DNA from: an uncultured Clostridium sp.
GTDB lineage: Bacteria; Bacillota; Clostridia; TANB77; CAG-508
NCBI GenBank assembly: GCA_946639585.1
Contig: CAMPBS010000001.1
Coordinates: 8,210 to 72,209, forward strand
Direction of reading: 5' to 3'
Length of the DNA stretch: 64,000 bases
Below the pieces are notes generated by a model. It ran no database searches and was not told where the DNA came from. It saw nothing but the letters and a program-made list of their open reading frames with translations. A program made the translations under genes and the position numbers. Below are positions 27,015 through 37,797 of the stretch, one piece after another; position 1 is the first letter of the stretch; every line of letters begins with the position of its first letter.

Positions 27015-27407
27015 TTATTGTTTTTTGATTTTAGGTTTAGCAATTAGTGAAGCGATATAGCCGAAGAAAACTGCGGCAGCGATTCCACCAGCAGCGGCTT
27101 TCACACCACCAGTAAATACACCAATCAAACCATTTTGTTGAGCTCCTTCAATTGTTCCTTTGGCCAAATTATAACCAAATCCAGTTAGAGGAACAGTTGC
27201 ACCTGCTCCGGCAAAATCCACAACATATTTATAAATTCCAAGACCACCAAGAACTGCACCTGTTGTAACAAATATTACTAGTATTCTTGCAGGAGTGAGT
27301 TTGGTTTTATCTATCAAAATTTGACCAATTACACAAATTACTCCACCAACTGCAAAGCATTTTAATAATTGCATCCAATCAAATACATTTGCCCAATCTA
27401 TGTTCAT
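27015..27407 (-). CDS. spoVAE: stage V sporulation protein AE (SpoVAE/AEB)
   Basis: CFAVGGVICVIGQILID...GAGATVPLTGFGY. Last gene of the spoVAC-AD-AE operon. Start probably at ATG 27407. Confidence 0.8.
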   Translation of the reverse strand: MNIDWANVFDWMQLLKCFAVGGVICVIGQILIDKTKLTPARILVIFVTTGAVLGGLGIYKYVVDFAGAGATVPLTGFGYNLAKGTIEGAQQNGLIGVFTGGVKAAAGGIAAAVFFGYIASLIAKPKIKKQ

Positions 27408-27492
27408 TTTTATCATCCTTTCTATTTTGATCTTCATTATATTTATATAGTTGTTCTGCTAGCATTGCCTACTAGGCAAAATATTAGTTATT

Positions 27493-28494
27493 TTAAATTT
27501 CAATTGAAACAGCATGTGCAATCCCTGGGATACTTTCACCTTGTTGCGAACTTGTTGAATTCATCAAAGCTCCAGTTGCGATAAGTAAAAGTCTTTTAAC
27601 TTTCTTTTCTTTTAATTGTCTAAACCAGTACCCTGAAAATACTGAAGCACAGCAACCACAACCACTTCCGCCAGAATGAGTATCTTGTGCGTTTTTATCA
27701 AAAATCATAACTCCACAATCATTGTAATTTGAAGCAATACTATATCCACGAGATTTTGCGATATCGATTGAAATTTCTTTACCAATATAACCTAAATCCC
27801 CACTAATTATTGCGTCATAATAACTTGGATTTCTTCCGGTATCTTTTAAATGGGTTATTAAAGTATCAACAAATGCTGGTGCCATAGCAGCTCCCATGTT
27901 ATTAGCATCTTTTATTCCTAGATCGACAATTTTTCCTGGTGTGATGTGAGTGATATAAGGACCTTCGCCTTCTTTGCTAAGCATTGCAGCACCACTTCCT
28001 GTAACAGTCCATTGGGCTGTTGGAGGCCTTTGGTTTCCTAGTTCAAGGGGAAATCTAAACTGCTTTTCTGCACTACAAAAATGACTAGATGTAGCACATA
28101 TAACGTTTTTTGCAAAGCCTTCAACAAATATTGAACCAATACACAAACTTTCTGCAAATGTAGAACAAGCTCCAAAAACTCCTAAATATGGGATGTTTGT
28201 ATCACGAAGTCCAAAACTTGAAGAAATACATTGGTTTAGTAAATCACCTGCAATAACACAATCTATATCAGTTGGAGCAACTTCAGATTTAGCAATTAAA
28301 CCAGAAACATTTTCTTTAATGATTTTGCTTTCTGCCTTTTCCCAAGTTTCTTCACCCCAAAATTCATCTTCTAAAGTATGGTCGAAATATTTGCTAAGCG
28401 GACCATCAGCTTCTTTAGGCCCAACAATGCTTGAACAAGCTTTGATTGTTGGGGGAGCATCAAATTTAATAGTTTGCTTTCCAATTTTTTTCAT
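27493..28494 (-). CDS. spoVAD: stage V sporulation protein AD (thiolase-fold DPA-binding protein)
   Basis: 333 aa beginning MKKIGKQTIKF with GVFGACSTF and GGSGCGCCA, typical of SpoVAD. Confidence 0.9.
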   Translation of the reverse strand: MKKIGKQTIKFDAPPTIKACSSIVGPKEADGPLSKYFDHTLEDEFWGEETWEKAESKIIKENVSGLIAKSEVAPTDIDCVIAGDLLNQCISSSFGLRDTNIPYLGVFGACSTFAESLCIGSIFVEGFAKNVICATSSHFCSAEKQFRFPLELGNQRPPTAQWTVTGSGAAMLSKEGEGPYITHITPGKIVDLGIKDANNMGAAMAPAFVDTLITHLKDTGRNPSYYDAIISGDLGYIGKEISIDIAKSRGYSIASNYNDCGVMIFDKNAQDTHSGGSGCGCCASVFSGYWFRQLKEKKVKRLLLIATGALMNSTSSQQGESIPGIAHAVSIEI

Positions 28495-28514
28495 TGTAAT
28501 ATCCTTTCTAATAA

Positions 28515-28979
28515 TTAAACTAAAGTAACGGCTTGAGTATTAAAAATTAAATACAAAAGCCCAACAATTATTGCACTACAAATTCCAAAAACAAGCACGG
28601 GACCAGCAACAGTGAACATTTTGCCGCCAACTCCCATAACATAACCTTCAGATTTATACTCCATAGCAGGAGAAACAATCGAATTGGCGAAACCAGTAAT
28701 TGGAACTAAAGAGCCTGCACCACAAAATTTTCCGATTTTATTAAAAATATTTAAACCTGTCAAAATAGCCGCTATTGCAATTAAAATAATAGAAACAATA
28801 GTGCCAGAGGTTGTTTGGTCAAAACCTCGTTCTTTACAAATATTCATAATAATTTGCCCAATTGAGCATATTAAACCACCAGTCCAAAAGGCATTAAAAA
28901 TATTCTTACCAATTGGAGAATTTGGAGATTTTTTATCAACATATTTTTGATATTCCTGTTTAGATTCAGTTGGATCCAT
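28515..28979 (-). CDS. spoVAC: stage V sporulation protein AC
   Basis: FNAFWTGGLICSIGQ...GAGSLVPITGFANS. Start probably at ATG 28979 (GAAAGGA upstream). Confidence 0.85.
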   Translation of the reverse strand: MDPTESKQEYQKYVDKKSPNSPIGKNIFNAFWTGGLICSIGQIIMNICKERGFDQTTSGTIVSIILIAIAAILTGLNIFNKIGKFCGAGSLVPITGFANSIVSPAMEYKSEGYVMGVGGKMFTVAGPVLVFGICSAIIVGLLYLIFNTQAVTLV

Positions 28980-29064
28980 ATTTATCATCCTTTCTTTTGA
29001 AGTTTTGCGTAACCTTTTGGAAAATCTTGATTTTTAAGAGTGTCCCCAAAAGTTGACTTGCGAC

Positions 29065-29277
29065 TTATTTTCGATTTAAATCAAGGGTAAAACCCAAATC
29101 CAAATCAACATAATACTTCTCAATTCTATTTCCATCAATTTCAGCTCTTTGTTCTACTACTTTTATAGAAGAAATATAGTCAATGCTTTTAGACGCCTCT
29201 TCAATTGTTTTCACGATTGCATCTTTCCAAGAAACCTCAGAGCTTCCAGTTAATAATAAATGTTTTTCTATATCCAT
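29065..29277 (-). CDS. dodecin-family flavin-binding protein
   Basis: MDIEKHLLLTGSSEVSWKDAIVKTIEEASKSI...VVEQRAEIDGNRIEKYYVDLDLGF matches the dodecin pattern. The N-terminal extension in the track is unlikely to be real. Confidence 0.65.
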   Translation of the reverse strand: MDIEKHLLLTGSSEVSWKDAIVKTIEEASKSIDYISSIKVVEQRAEIDGNRIEKYYVDLDLGFTLDLNRK

Positions 29278-29405
29278 AAATTTCATCCTTTCAAAACCTT
29301 TTTTGATATTTTTAACAAATTTAAAAAAAATATTCATTTTCATAAAAATAACATTGTTAAAATTTTTTTAATATGATATAACATTTGTGAAAGGATGAAA
29401 GAAAA

Positions 29406-30824
29406 ATGATAGATAAACCTAGAGAAATAGCTTTAAAAGCCTTATATAAAATAGATAAAGAAGAAGCATTTTCAAACATTGCACTAGATGAAGAATTAAG
29501 TAAAAATCACAAAATTTTAAGTGAAAAAGATATTGGACTAATCTCCCAAATAGTTTATGGAGTAACAACATGGTGTTTAACACTAGATTGTATTATAGAA
29601 AAACATTCTAAAATAAAACTAAAAAAGATTTCTCCATGGATTATAAATATTTTGAGAATGGGGATTTACCAAATAATTTTTTTAGACAAAATTCCAAAAT
29701 CAGCTGCAGTAGATGAAAGCGTGAATTTGGCCAAAAGATATGGTCACAAAACTAGTAGTGGCTTTGTTAATGCTGTTTTAAGAAAAGTAGAAAGTAAAGA
29801 CTATGATGAATTATTTGAAAACGAAAAAACAGAAAATCCGAAAGAACTAATAGAAATAATTTCTAAAACCCAATCTATGCCAAAATGGTTAATAGAAAAA
29901 CTTTTAGAAAATAATAGTATAGAAAAAGTAAAAGAAATATGTAAAAATTTAAATTTAAAACCTCAAATTTCCATAAGAATAAATAAATTAAAAACAAATA
30001 AACAAGAATTGGCGGATAAGCTGGAGAGCAGAGGAATAGAAGTAAAACAAGGAGAATTAGAAAATTTCTTACTTATAAAAAATGTTAAAAATATTGAAAA
30101 TTTGCCAGAGTTCAAACAAGGATTCTTTACTGTACAAGATGAATCAGCAGGGTTAGCAGCTCTATTTCTAAATCCAGAAAAAGGAGAAAAAGTACTAGAT
30201 GCATGCAGTGCCCCAGGAGGAAAAACTACTCATTTAGCTGAATTAATGGAAAATGAGGGAGCAATTGATGCTTGGGATATATATGAGCATAGACTAAATC
30301 TAATAAAAGAAAATTGCCAAAGACTTGGCGTGAATATAGTTAATACCCAAATACAAAATGCAGAAGAGCCTGAAGCAAGTCTGGAACAAAAACAAAATGA
30401 AAATATAAGCTTAAATCTTGCAAATCAAAAATTACCGCAATACGATAAAATTTTGTTAGATGTTCCATGCATGGGGACTGGTGTGATAAAAAGAAAACCA
30501 GATATAAAATGGCAAAGAAAACCTGAAGATATAGATACAATCACCCAAATTCAATTTAATATTTTACAAAATTGTTCAAAACTATTGAAACAAGGCGGGG
30601 AACTAGTATATTCAACATGCAGCATCTTACAAGAAGAAAATGAAGAAATAATAAAAAAATTCCTAAAACAAAATCCTGATTTTAAAATAATAACAGAAGA
30701 TGAAATACAAGGGTACAAGCAATTTGAAAGATATTTACATGATAATAAATATCTAAATATTCTTCCAAGTGAAGAACATGATGGATTTTTTATTTGTAAA
30801 TTAAAGTACGAAAGGGGAAAATAA
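29406..30824 (+). CDS. rsmB: 16S rRNA (cytosine967-C5)-methyltransferase RsmB/Sun
   Basis: NusB-like N-terminus, SAM motif DACSAPGGKT, and catalytic DVPCMGTG and YSTCS. Confidence 0.9.
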   Translation: MIDKPREIALKALYKIDKEEAFSNIALDEELSKNHKILSEKDIGLISQIVYGVTTWCLTLDCIIEKHSKIKLKKISPWIINILRMGIYQIIFLDKIPKSAAVDESVNLAKRYGHKTSSGFVNAVLRKVESKDYDELFENEKTENPKELIEIISKTQSMPKWLIEKLLENNSIEKVKEICKNLNLKPQISIRINKLKTNKQELADKLESRGIEVKQGELENFLLIKNVKNIENLPEFKQGFFTVQDESAGLAALFLNPEKGEKVLDACSAPGGKTTHLAELMENEGAIDAWDIYEHRLNLIKENCQRLGVNIVNTQIQNAEEPEASLEQKQNENISLNLANQKLPQYDKILLDVPCMGTGVIKRKPDIKWQRKPEDIDTITQIQFNILQNCSKLLKQGGELVYSTCSILQEENEEIIKKFLKQNPDFKIITEDEIQGYKQFERYLHDNKYLNILPSEEHDGFFICKLKYERGK

Positions 30825-32143
30825 TGGAAGAAATAAAAAAGGAAAACCAAAGAAAAAGTTTTAAAGAAATTTGCTACAAAAAAATTACAAAAGATGATGT
30901 TAAAAATTTCTTTTTTACAAAAGGACTTTTAATTTACTTGATAATAAACATTTTATATATTTTTATTGGTAGTTATCTAAGAACCATAAATGAATTACTA
31001 TTTAGTGATTATTCCAGAGGTTACATATTTTTAATGTTCATAAATATAATCGCTATAATAGTTTACTTAATTAAAAACAAATATCAAAAAAATGGAGCAC
31101 ACATTTGTATACTATTTATATTTGGATTGGCTTTAATTTCAACACTATTTGCTCGTGTACAAAGAGTAGCGTTACTAGGGTTTCAAGATAGATACGAAGG
31201 ACTTTTTTCTATATCATATTATCTAACACTTTTTATTTTAAGTTCATTTATTGATAAAAAATATAAAAAAATAATTGTAAATTGCATAATTTTTACAGGA
31301 ATAGCACAAACAATATATGCTTTATTACAAGTGTATAAAGTCCCAGGGATATATAACGGACATCCAGGTTGTGCACAAGGTTTTATAACAAATCCAAATT
31401 TTTTTGGAACATATATGGTAATATGTGGTTGCTATTCAATTGGAATGTTTATTGACGAAGAAAAGATATGGAAAAAAATAGTATATTCTTTAACAAGCAT
31501 AGTTTTGCTAATTGGAATTCTTTTAAGTAATGCATCAAGCGCTGGAGTGGGCTTTATAGCTGCGCTTATTTATATTATCATTTATTGCATTAAAAAGAAA
31601 AAAATAACAAAATTGATTGCTACAATTGCTATTATTTCAGTTTCAATAATTATAACAACTAATTTAGGAAAAACTGATTTATTAAATGATTTAAGTAAAA
31701 CAGCAAAAGAGGCAACAGAAGTTGCAAAGGGTAATGCGGATGATAAATTGGGCTCAGGTAGAATGTTTATATGGAAAAAAACTCTGCCAATAGTTCCTAA
31801 ATATTTATTACATGGAGCTGGGATAGATAATTTTTACTATGCATTTGGTGATACACCATTGCAGTCAGATGATGGAAAAACAATATTTGATAAAGCTCAT
31901 AATGAATATTTACAAACATTGGTAACACAGGGAATATTTAGCTTAATTTCATATTTAGCTTTGTATGCAATAATTGTAAAAAAAGGAATAAAATTCTGTT
32001 TTAAAGAAAATCAAATATACTTAATATTACCAATAATAGGTTATTTGACACAAGCATTTTTTAATATAAGTGTAATAGAAGTGGCACCATTTTTTTACAT
32101 TGCACTAGGCTTTGGAAGTAGTGTAACTATAAAAAAAGAATAA
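30824..32143 (+). CDS. O-antigen ligase (Wzy_C) family polytopic membrane protein
   Basis: 439 aa with about 10-12 TM helices and a periplasmic loop carrying GSGRMFIW...HGAGIDNF...AHNEYLQTLVTQG. It sits directly upstream of the pilus cluster. Confidence 0.7.
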   Translation: MEEIKKENQRKSFKEICYKKITKDDVKNFFFTKGLLIYLIINILYIFIGSYLRTINELLFSDYSRGYIFLMFINIIAIIVYLIKNKYQKNGAHICILFIFGLALISTLFARVQRVALLGFQDRYEGLFSISYYLTLFILSSFIDKKYKKIIVNCIIFTGIAQTIYALLQVYKVPGIYNGHPGCAQGFITNPNFFGTYMVICGCYSIGMFIDEEKIWKKIVYSLTSIVLLIGILLSNASSAGVGFIAALIYIIIYCIKKKKITKLIATIAIISVSIIITTNLGKTDLLNDLSKTAKEATEVAKGNADDKLGSGRMFIWKKTLPIVPKYLLHGAGIDNFYYAFGDTPLQSDDGKTIFDKAHNEYLQTLVTQGIFSLISYLALYAIIVKKGIKFCFKENQIYLILPIIGYLTQAFFNISVIEVAPFFYIALGFGSSVTIKKE

Positions 32144-32321
32144 AAAATCTTATAATATTACAATAATATTACATTTGCGTGACATTTTAATTATATATAT
32201 TGACTTTTTTCAAAAAAATAATAAAATTAAGTTATAAAAAATTACATATTATTCAAGTATGAAAATTGATAAAAAAATATAAAATATAAATAAAAAACAA
32301 TTATTGAAAAAGGAGTTCGAA

Positions 32322-33941
32322 ATGCCTAGTTGTCTTGGAATATTTGTGCAAAACAATATAATTAAATATGCAAAAGTTTCTAAAGATCGTGACGTTAAAA
32401 AGATAGATTCATTTGGCGTAAAATTCTATGACAACAATGTGGAAGAAGCAATAAAACAAGTTATAGAAGAAACATATAGCTTTAAAACTCCTGTTAGTAT
32501 AAACCTAGAAAACGAAAACTACAATTATTTTGACATGTTTGCGTTATTAAATAAAAAAGATTTAGGAAAAGCTATAAAAACAGAATTTGATTTGTATTGC
32601 AATGAAAAAAGTTTTAATCCAAACGTATTTGAAACAAGATATGCTGTAACACCAAACGTAGACGATAGCCAAAAAATGAGGGTAATTCATGTAAGTAGTA
32701 ATAAAATCGAATTAAACAGAATCAATTCACTAATTTCAGGGTGCAAAGTTGCAGCTATTGCACCAGTGTCTATGGCAATTTCGAATTTACAAGAATTTAA
32801 TGAAAGAAATAATTCTGTTATTGTAAATATAGAAGATATTACAACTGTCACAACAATGATAGGAAAGACGGTTTACAATATAGAAACCATTCCGCAGGGT
32901 GCCAAAGAAATGTTGGAAAAAATAACATTAAAAGAAAATTCTTATAGTAAAAGCTATGAAGTATGTAAAAATACGACGATATATACATCTGAAGGAAGAG
33001 AACTTGTAGAAACTGAAATAAGCCACTTGGAAGAAATAATGCCAACATTATTTACAATAGTTGGACAAGTTCAAAAAATTATAAATTCCCAAACACAAAA
33101 AATAGATAAAGTATATATAACAGGAACTGCGGCTTTAATAAACAATATAGATTTATATTTTCAAGAATATTTAGATGATGTAAAATGCGAAATATTAAGA
33201 CCATATTTTATAACAAATACAAAAGATATAAGTATAAAAGATTATATTGAAGTTAACTCAGCTTTAGCGTTAGCAACTGCAGGATTAGGCGAAGGAATAA
33301 AAGAAATGAACTTTAAAAATAAGTCATTAGAAGATAAATTGCCTGATTTCTTAAAAGTTGAAATAACAACAAAAAGTGGAAAAGCAACAGGAAAAAAGAA
33401 AGTTGGAGTTAAATTTGATTTAGGAGAAAAACTAGATACAATAGAAAAAAACTTGCTTAGAGGAGCTGGAGGATTACTTATATTATTTACAATATATGGC
33501 GTATTTTCTGGAATATTGAGAAATCAATATGATTTAAAAGAACAAGAAGCATATGAAAGAAAAAATAGTATAAGTGCTCAAATAGATTTAGCAAAAGCAG
33601 ATAATAAAAAGATAGTTCAAAGAACAAGTGAATATACAAACCTAATTAAAAATTTACAATCTATAAATGAAAAAGTAAATGAAAGATTAAAAACAAGAAA
33701 TGCAATACCAAATTTATTAGAACAAATAATGTTTATAATACCTGAAAATGTTCAAATTACATCAATTCAAAATACTGCAGATAGACATATAGAAATATAT
33801 GCGCAATCTGACAAATATGAACAATTAGGATATTTAAAAGCAAAAATAAAATCTGAAAATTACTTAACAAACGTAATTTCAACAGCAGGTCAAAAAGAAA
33901 GTAACATTGTTACTGTAAAAATAGAGGGAGAATTACCATGA
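32322..33941 (+). CDS. type IV pilus assembly protein, PilM-like actin-fold N-domain fused to a TM and PilN-like C-domain
   Basis: 539 aa from ATG 32322 (AAAAGGAG upstream). The cytoplasmic N-domain is about 380 aa, followed by one TM helix (LLRGAGGLLILFTIYGVFSGIL), a coiled coil and a small C-domain. The assignment rests on genomic context in the pilus cluster. Confidence 0.55.
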   Translation: MPSCLGIFVQNNIIKYAKVSKDRDVKKIDSFGVKFYDNNVEEAIKQVIEETYSFKTPVSINLENENYNYFDMFALLNKKDLGKAIKTEFDLYCNEKSFNPNVFETRYAVTPNVDDSQKMRVIHVSSNKIELNRINSLISGCKVAAIAPVSMAISNLQEFNERNNSVIVNIEDITTVTTMIGKTVYNIETIPQGAKEMLEKITLKENSYSKSYEVCKNTTIYTSEGRELVETEISHLEEIMPTLFTIVGQVQKIINSQTQKIDKVYITGTAALINNIDLYFQEYLDDVKCEILRPYFITNTKDISIKDYIEVNSALALATAGLGEGIKEMNFKNKSLEDKLPDFLKVEITTKSGKATGKKKVGVKFDLGEKLDTIEKNLLRGAGGLLILFTIYGVFSGILRNQYDLKEQEAYERKNSISAQIDLAKADNKKIVQRTSEYTNLIKNLQSINEKVNERLKTRNAIPNLLEQIMFIIPENVQITSIQNTADRHIEIYAQSDKYEQLGYLKAKIKSENYLTNVISTAGQKESNIVTVKIEGELP

Positions 33942-34717
33942 AAAAAGTTCTAATTTCTCTTCTTATAGTTTTATTATTGGTTTTAAACTGCATAGCCATT
34001 TTTAAAGGTGTGAATTTATTTGGACTAAACATTTTAGGTATAGGACAAATAAAAGAAAAAAATGATAATTTAGACAAGATAATAGCAGAAGCTACAACAG
34101 TTGCAAGTACAGATTATCCAAAAGCACTTTCAGAAATGGAAATAAATCTTAAAAAATTAGAAGAAGAAAAGAAAAATTATGAAGATATGGTTACAATAAG
34201 TACTGGAGAACAAGTACAACTTGCCAACCAATATCAAAAATATGAAGTTGAATATTTATGGACAGTTATTGGTAACCACGCAACAAAAGAAGGCGTTGTA
34301 ATAAAAATAGATATTCTTGCAACATCTGGTGACAATAATTATAATCTAAACTTTACAGTTAATGGAAGCTATATTGGAATAACAGAATTTATTTCAGATA
34401 TAGAAAATGATAGTGCATTAGGATTCAAAATTGAAAACTTTTCTATGAAACCAGGTGCAAGCACACAAGATTTACAAGCAACTTTCACATGTAAAGATAT
34501 AGTTATTAAAGATATTCAAAAAAGTAGTGGATCTAGCACAGCGTTAAAAGATACTGAAAGAATAATGAATAATGTAACAGGAAATTCATCAGAAAAAGCA
34601 ACAGAGAATACAACAGAAAATTCAAATAATAACAATACAAACTCAACCAATAATACAAACACATCTGGAAACAGTACAACAAATCAAAGTACAGTTGATT
34701 TAAATACTAATACTTAA
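33938..34717 (+). CDS. PilO-like bitopic pilus assembly protein with an N/T-rich tail
   Basis: N-terminal TM helix, a coiled coil and a C-terminal low-complexity run NSNNNNTNSTNNTNTSGNSTTN. Translationally coupled to the preceding gene (ATGA overlap). Confidence 0.4.
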   Translation: MKKVLISLLIVLLLVLNCIAIFKGVNLFGLNILGIGQIKEKNDNLDKIIAEATTVASTDYPKALSEMEINLKKLEEEKKNYEDMVTISTGEQVQLANQYQKYEVEYLWTVIGNHATKEGVVIKIDILATSGDNNYNLNFTVNGSYIGITEFISDIENDSALGFKIENFSMKPGASTQDLQATFTCKDIVIKDIQKSSGSSTALKDTERIMNNVTGNSSEKATENTTENSNNNNTNSTNNTNTSGNSTTNQSTVDLNTNT

Positions 34718-34734
34718 TGTAAAGGAGAAAATTG

Positions 34735-35208
34735 ATGACAAAAGGTATTATTAAAGAAATAATAATAGTATTATTATTGATTTTTGCGATACTATTGATA
34801 CTTGGCGTAGTTTTATATAAATATGTACCATCTAATAAACAACTACCTGAATCAATAGCTTATTCAACACCTGCAAATGTTAAAGAAAAACTTGTTTCAA
34901 TAGAAGGTGTGGATGAAGATCAAGTTATACTAACTTACGAATTAAACCAAGCAGATTTATATAATTACCAAAGAATAAATGAATATAAACCTGGAAAATC
35001 TAATCCATTTTCTTCTTACGAAACTCCAAAACCAGAAGAAAAAGAAGGAAGTGGTTCAGGTTCATCAAACGGAGGAAACTCTTCATCTGGTTCAGGATCA
35101 AGCTCAAGCCCTTCTAGTACTCAAACAAAAGACAACACATACACTGCGCCTACATCACAAGGTGGGGTAAATCCAGGAACATACACAAATAAAAGTGGTA
35201 CAAAATAA
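34735..35208 (+). CDS. bitopic membrane protein with a Ser/Gly-rich tail (pilus cluster)
   Basis: N-terminal TM helix and a GSGSGSSNGGNSSSGSGSSSSPSS tail. Family unknown. Confidence 0.4.
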   Translation: MTKGIIKEIIIVLLLIFAILLILGVVLYKYVPSNKQLPESIAYSTPANVKEKLVSIEGVDEDQVILTYELNQADLYNYQRINEYKPGKSNPFSSYETPKPEEKEGSGSGSSNGGNSSSGSGSSSSPSSTQTKDNTYTAPTSQGGVNPGTYTNKSGTK

Positions 35209-35295
35209 TTTTAGTTTTTAACGTTATATTTCTAAAATTCTTGGAAATATAGGTTATAATATATTATATTTTATTTAAACAAAGGAGGAATTTTT

Positions 35296-35799
35296 ATGTT
35301 TAAACAACAAAAAGGTATAACACTTATTGCCTTAGTAATCACAATCATTGTATTATTAATTTTAGCAGGAATCACAATCGCTATGTTAACAGGAAGTGAT
35401 TCTGCTCCAGCAAAAGCAAACGAAGCGAAACAAAAACAAGATATTGGATCTGTAAAAGACCAATTATACATTGTAGCACAAAATGCTCAATTAGATTATT
35501 ATAATGAAACATATGTAAAAGCAGGTGCTGTAGGAGGAGCTCAAACAAGTGAGCAATCTAAAACACAAGTTGGTACAGAAGTAGCTAACGCTTTAAGTAA
35601 TACTACATTAGGTGGTATAGCAACAGGAACTGGAATTGGAGATGCAAAAGTATATTATGCAGCTGGTGGAACTAATCAAGCTCTTAAAATAACAATTTCA
35701 ACAAGAGATTTCCATATCAATGGATATGTTGAACAAAAAGGTGGAGCATTAAAATGGGATACAACAATATCTACAGGTTCAAAAACTAATGCTAATTAG
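35296..35799 (+). CDS. pilA: type IV (major) pilin
   Basis: MFKQQKG/ITLIALVITIIVLLILAGITI is a class III signal. The gene has a strong RBS and is followed by a strong terminator. Confidence 0.8.
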   Translation: MFKQQKGITLIALVITIIVLLILAGITIAMLTGSDSAPAKANEAKQKQDIGSVKDQLYIVAQNAQLDYYNETYVKAGAVGGAQTSEQSKTQVGTEVANALSNTTLGGIATGTGIGDAKVYYAAGGTNQALKITISTRDFHINGYVEQKGGALKWDTTISTGSKTNAN

Positions 35800-35827
35800 T
35801 AAATAAATTAAATAATACAATAGACAA

Positions 35828-35856
35828 AGCCATACGCACACTAAGTGTGTATGGCT
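35828..35856 (+). terminator. strong hairpin terminator after pilA
   Basis: agccatacgcacac-taa-gtgtgtatggct. Confidence 0.7.
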
Positions 35857-35930
35857 AAATTTATAAAAACGATAAACAAATAAAAGGAAAAATAACAAAA
35901 ACAAAACCACAGAAAATAAAAGGGGAAAAA

Positions 35931-36743
35931 ATGGAAGCAATAATATATATAATAATATTCATAATAGGAGCATTATTCGGAAGCTTTTATACACTAGCTA
36001 CATACCGAATTCCACGTCATCAAGACATAACACACACACGCTCATACTGTCCTAAATGTAACCATAAATTAGGATTTTTTGACATGTTTCCAATTTTTAG
36101 TTATATATTTTTAGGTGGAAAATGCAGATATTGTAAAAACAAGATAAGCCCAAGATACCTTATTTTAGAGGTGTTTTCAGGCTTAATATTCGTATCTATA
36201 TTCTTTTTAATGAAAATTGATATTTATAATATAGATGTAAAACTACTAATAAAGTTTGGATTTATGTCATTATTCTTATCATATTTATTTATCACAGCAT
36301 GGATAGACAAAGAAAATAAAAAAATAGAAAACAAAGTAACAGTTTTCGGTATTACAATATCATTGCTATATATAGCATATCTATGTATAGTAGAACAAGC
36401 TAATATATATAAATATGCTATGTATATGTGCTTTTATGCACTAATACTTATTACAGATATCACATCTGTAAAAAACAAAAAACAAGATAATTACATAGCT
36501 GGAATAATGTTTTCACTTATCACAATGGGAATATTCACAGGTGAATACTGTATTTTATATACTTTATGTATTTTTATTACAATGATTATTTTATATATGT
36601 GTTTTGAGTGGATGGACAAATATTCTAAGGAAAAAGTTGAAACAAAAGATTTACTATATAAAAATATAAAATTAGGATACTTTTTATGTATTGCAAATGT
36701 TATATCAATTTTTGCAATTATGATACAAGAATACATTATATAA
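35931..36743 (+). CDS. pilD: prepilin peptidase (A24 family, PilD)
   Basis: N-terminal Cys motif SYCPKCNHKL...GGKCRYCKNKIS and a polytopic membrane domain. Confidence 0.85.
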   Translation: MEAIIYIIIFIIGALFGSFYTLATYRIPRHQDITHTRSYCPKCNHKLGFFDMFPIFSYIFLGGKCRYCKNKISPRYLILEVFSGLIFVSIFFLMKIDIYNIDVKLLIKFGFMSLFLSYLFITAWIDKENKKIENKVTVFGITISLLYIAYLCIVEQANIYKYAMYMCFYALILITDITSVKNKKQDNYIAGIMFSLITMGIFTGEYCILYTLCIFITMIILYMCFEWMDKYSKEKVETKDLLYKNIKLGYFLCIANVISIFAIMIQEYII

Positions 36744-36756
36744 ATTGAAAGGAAAA

Positions 36757-37191
36757 ATGATGAAGTTTATAAATAATGAAAAAGGATTTACACTAATAGA
36801 TATAATTGTTGCATTGATTATAATACTACTATTTATGTCCTTAATATCTGTATTATTCTTTAATATAACTAAATCATCAAAAGGTATAGAAAGAGAATCT
36901 CATGCTGTATTTATTGCAACAAATATTATAGAAGCATATAAATCTTTAAATTATGATGATGTACTTCCAATAGCTGAAAATCATGAAATAACTGATGGTA
37001 CTGAAATAGTTCCAGGACAACCTATAGTAATACAAGATGGTTATAGTGCATTTGTTACAATTCAAAACTATGTGCCAGAGGGAGAAGATAGTAATAATGA
37101 TTTAGTGAAAAAAATCATTGTTACTGTAAAATATAAGGTAGCTAACAAAGAAAAAAGTGTACAATTAGAATCTTCGGTTACAAGAAAATAG
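36757..37191 (+). CDS. minor pilin / pseudopilin
   Basis: MMKFINNEKG/FTLIDIIVALIIILLF is a prepilin-type N-terminus. Confidence 0.7.
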   Translation: MMKFINNEKGFTLIDIIVALIIILLFMSLISVLFFNITKSSKGIERESHAVFIATNIIEAYKSLNYDDVLPIAENHEITDGTEIVPGQPIVIQDGYSAFVTIQNYVPEGEDSNNDLVKKIIVTVKYKVANKEKSVQLESSVTRK

Positions 37192-37242
37192 AATTATGAA
37201 AATGTATAAATGCTAAGTGATGACAGTCAGAAAGGATTTTTT

Positions 37243-37704
37243 ATGAACATAAAATCAGAAAAAGGTGTAACATTAACTTCACTAATAATATATGTAATAG
37301 CCATGTTAATAACAGTTACAATAATAACAGTAGTAACTGGATATTTCAAGAAAAATGTAAATCCTGACCCAGAGACCTATACGTTTATGGGGGAGTTTAC
37401 AAAATTTCAAAGCTATTTTTCAGAAGAGGTTAATAGAGATAAAAATAAAATATTAGAAATCTATAATGGAGAGGGAACAGAACAAAGTTATGTTGCATTT
37501 TCTTCTGGAAATCAATATACATTTGTTCCTAATAATCATGCTGTTTACCAAAATAATGTGAAAATTGCTAGTGGAGTACAAACATGTAAATTTAAAGAAA
37601 CAAATGAAAATGGAAAGAGTGCAATTATTGTAACATTAGAAATAAAGGGAAATAGTGAAAGCACATCACAAATAAGAACAACAACATATACACTAAATAA
37701 ATAA
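37243..37704 (+). CDS. minor pilin-like protein
   Basis: MNIKSEKG/VTLTSLIIYVIAMLI is a prepilin-like N-terminus. Confidence 0.55.
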   Translation: MNIKSEKGVTLTSLIIYVIAMLITVTIITVVTGYFKKNVNPDPETYTFMGEFTKFQSYFSEEVNRDKNKILEIYNGEGTEQSYVAFSSGNQYTFVPNNHAVYQNNVKIASGVQTCKFKETNENGKSAIIVTLEIKGNSESTSQIRTTTYTLNK

Positions 37705-37797
37705 TTGGTAATTTTATGTAATTAAAAGCAAAATGATCCAAAACTGAAAAAGTATTGTATAATAAATATAGTACACAAAAGAAAGGAAGGTATAAAA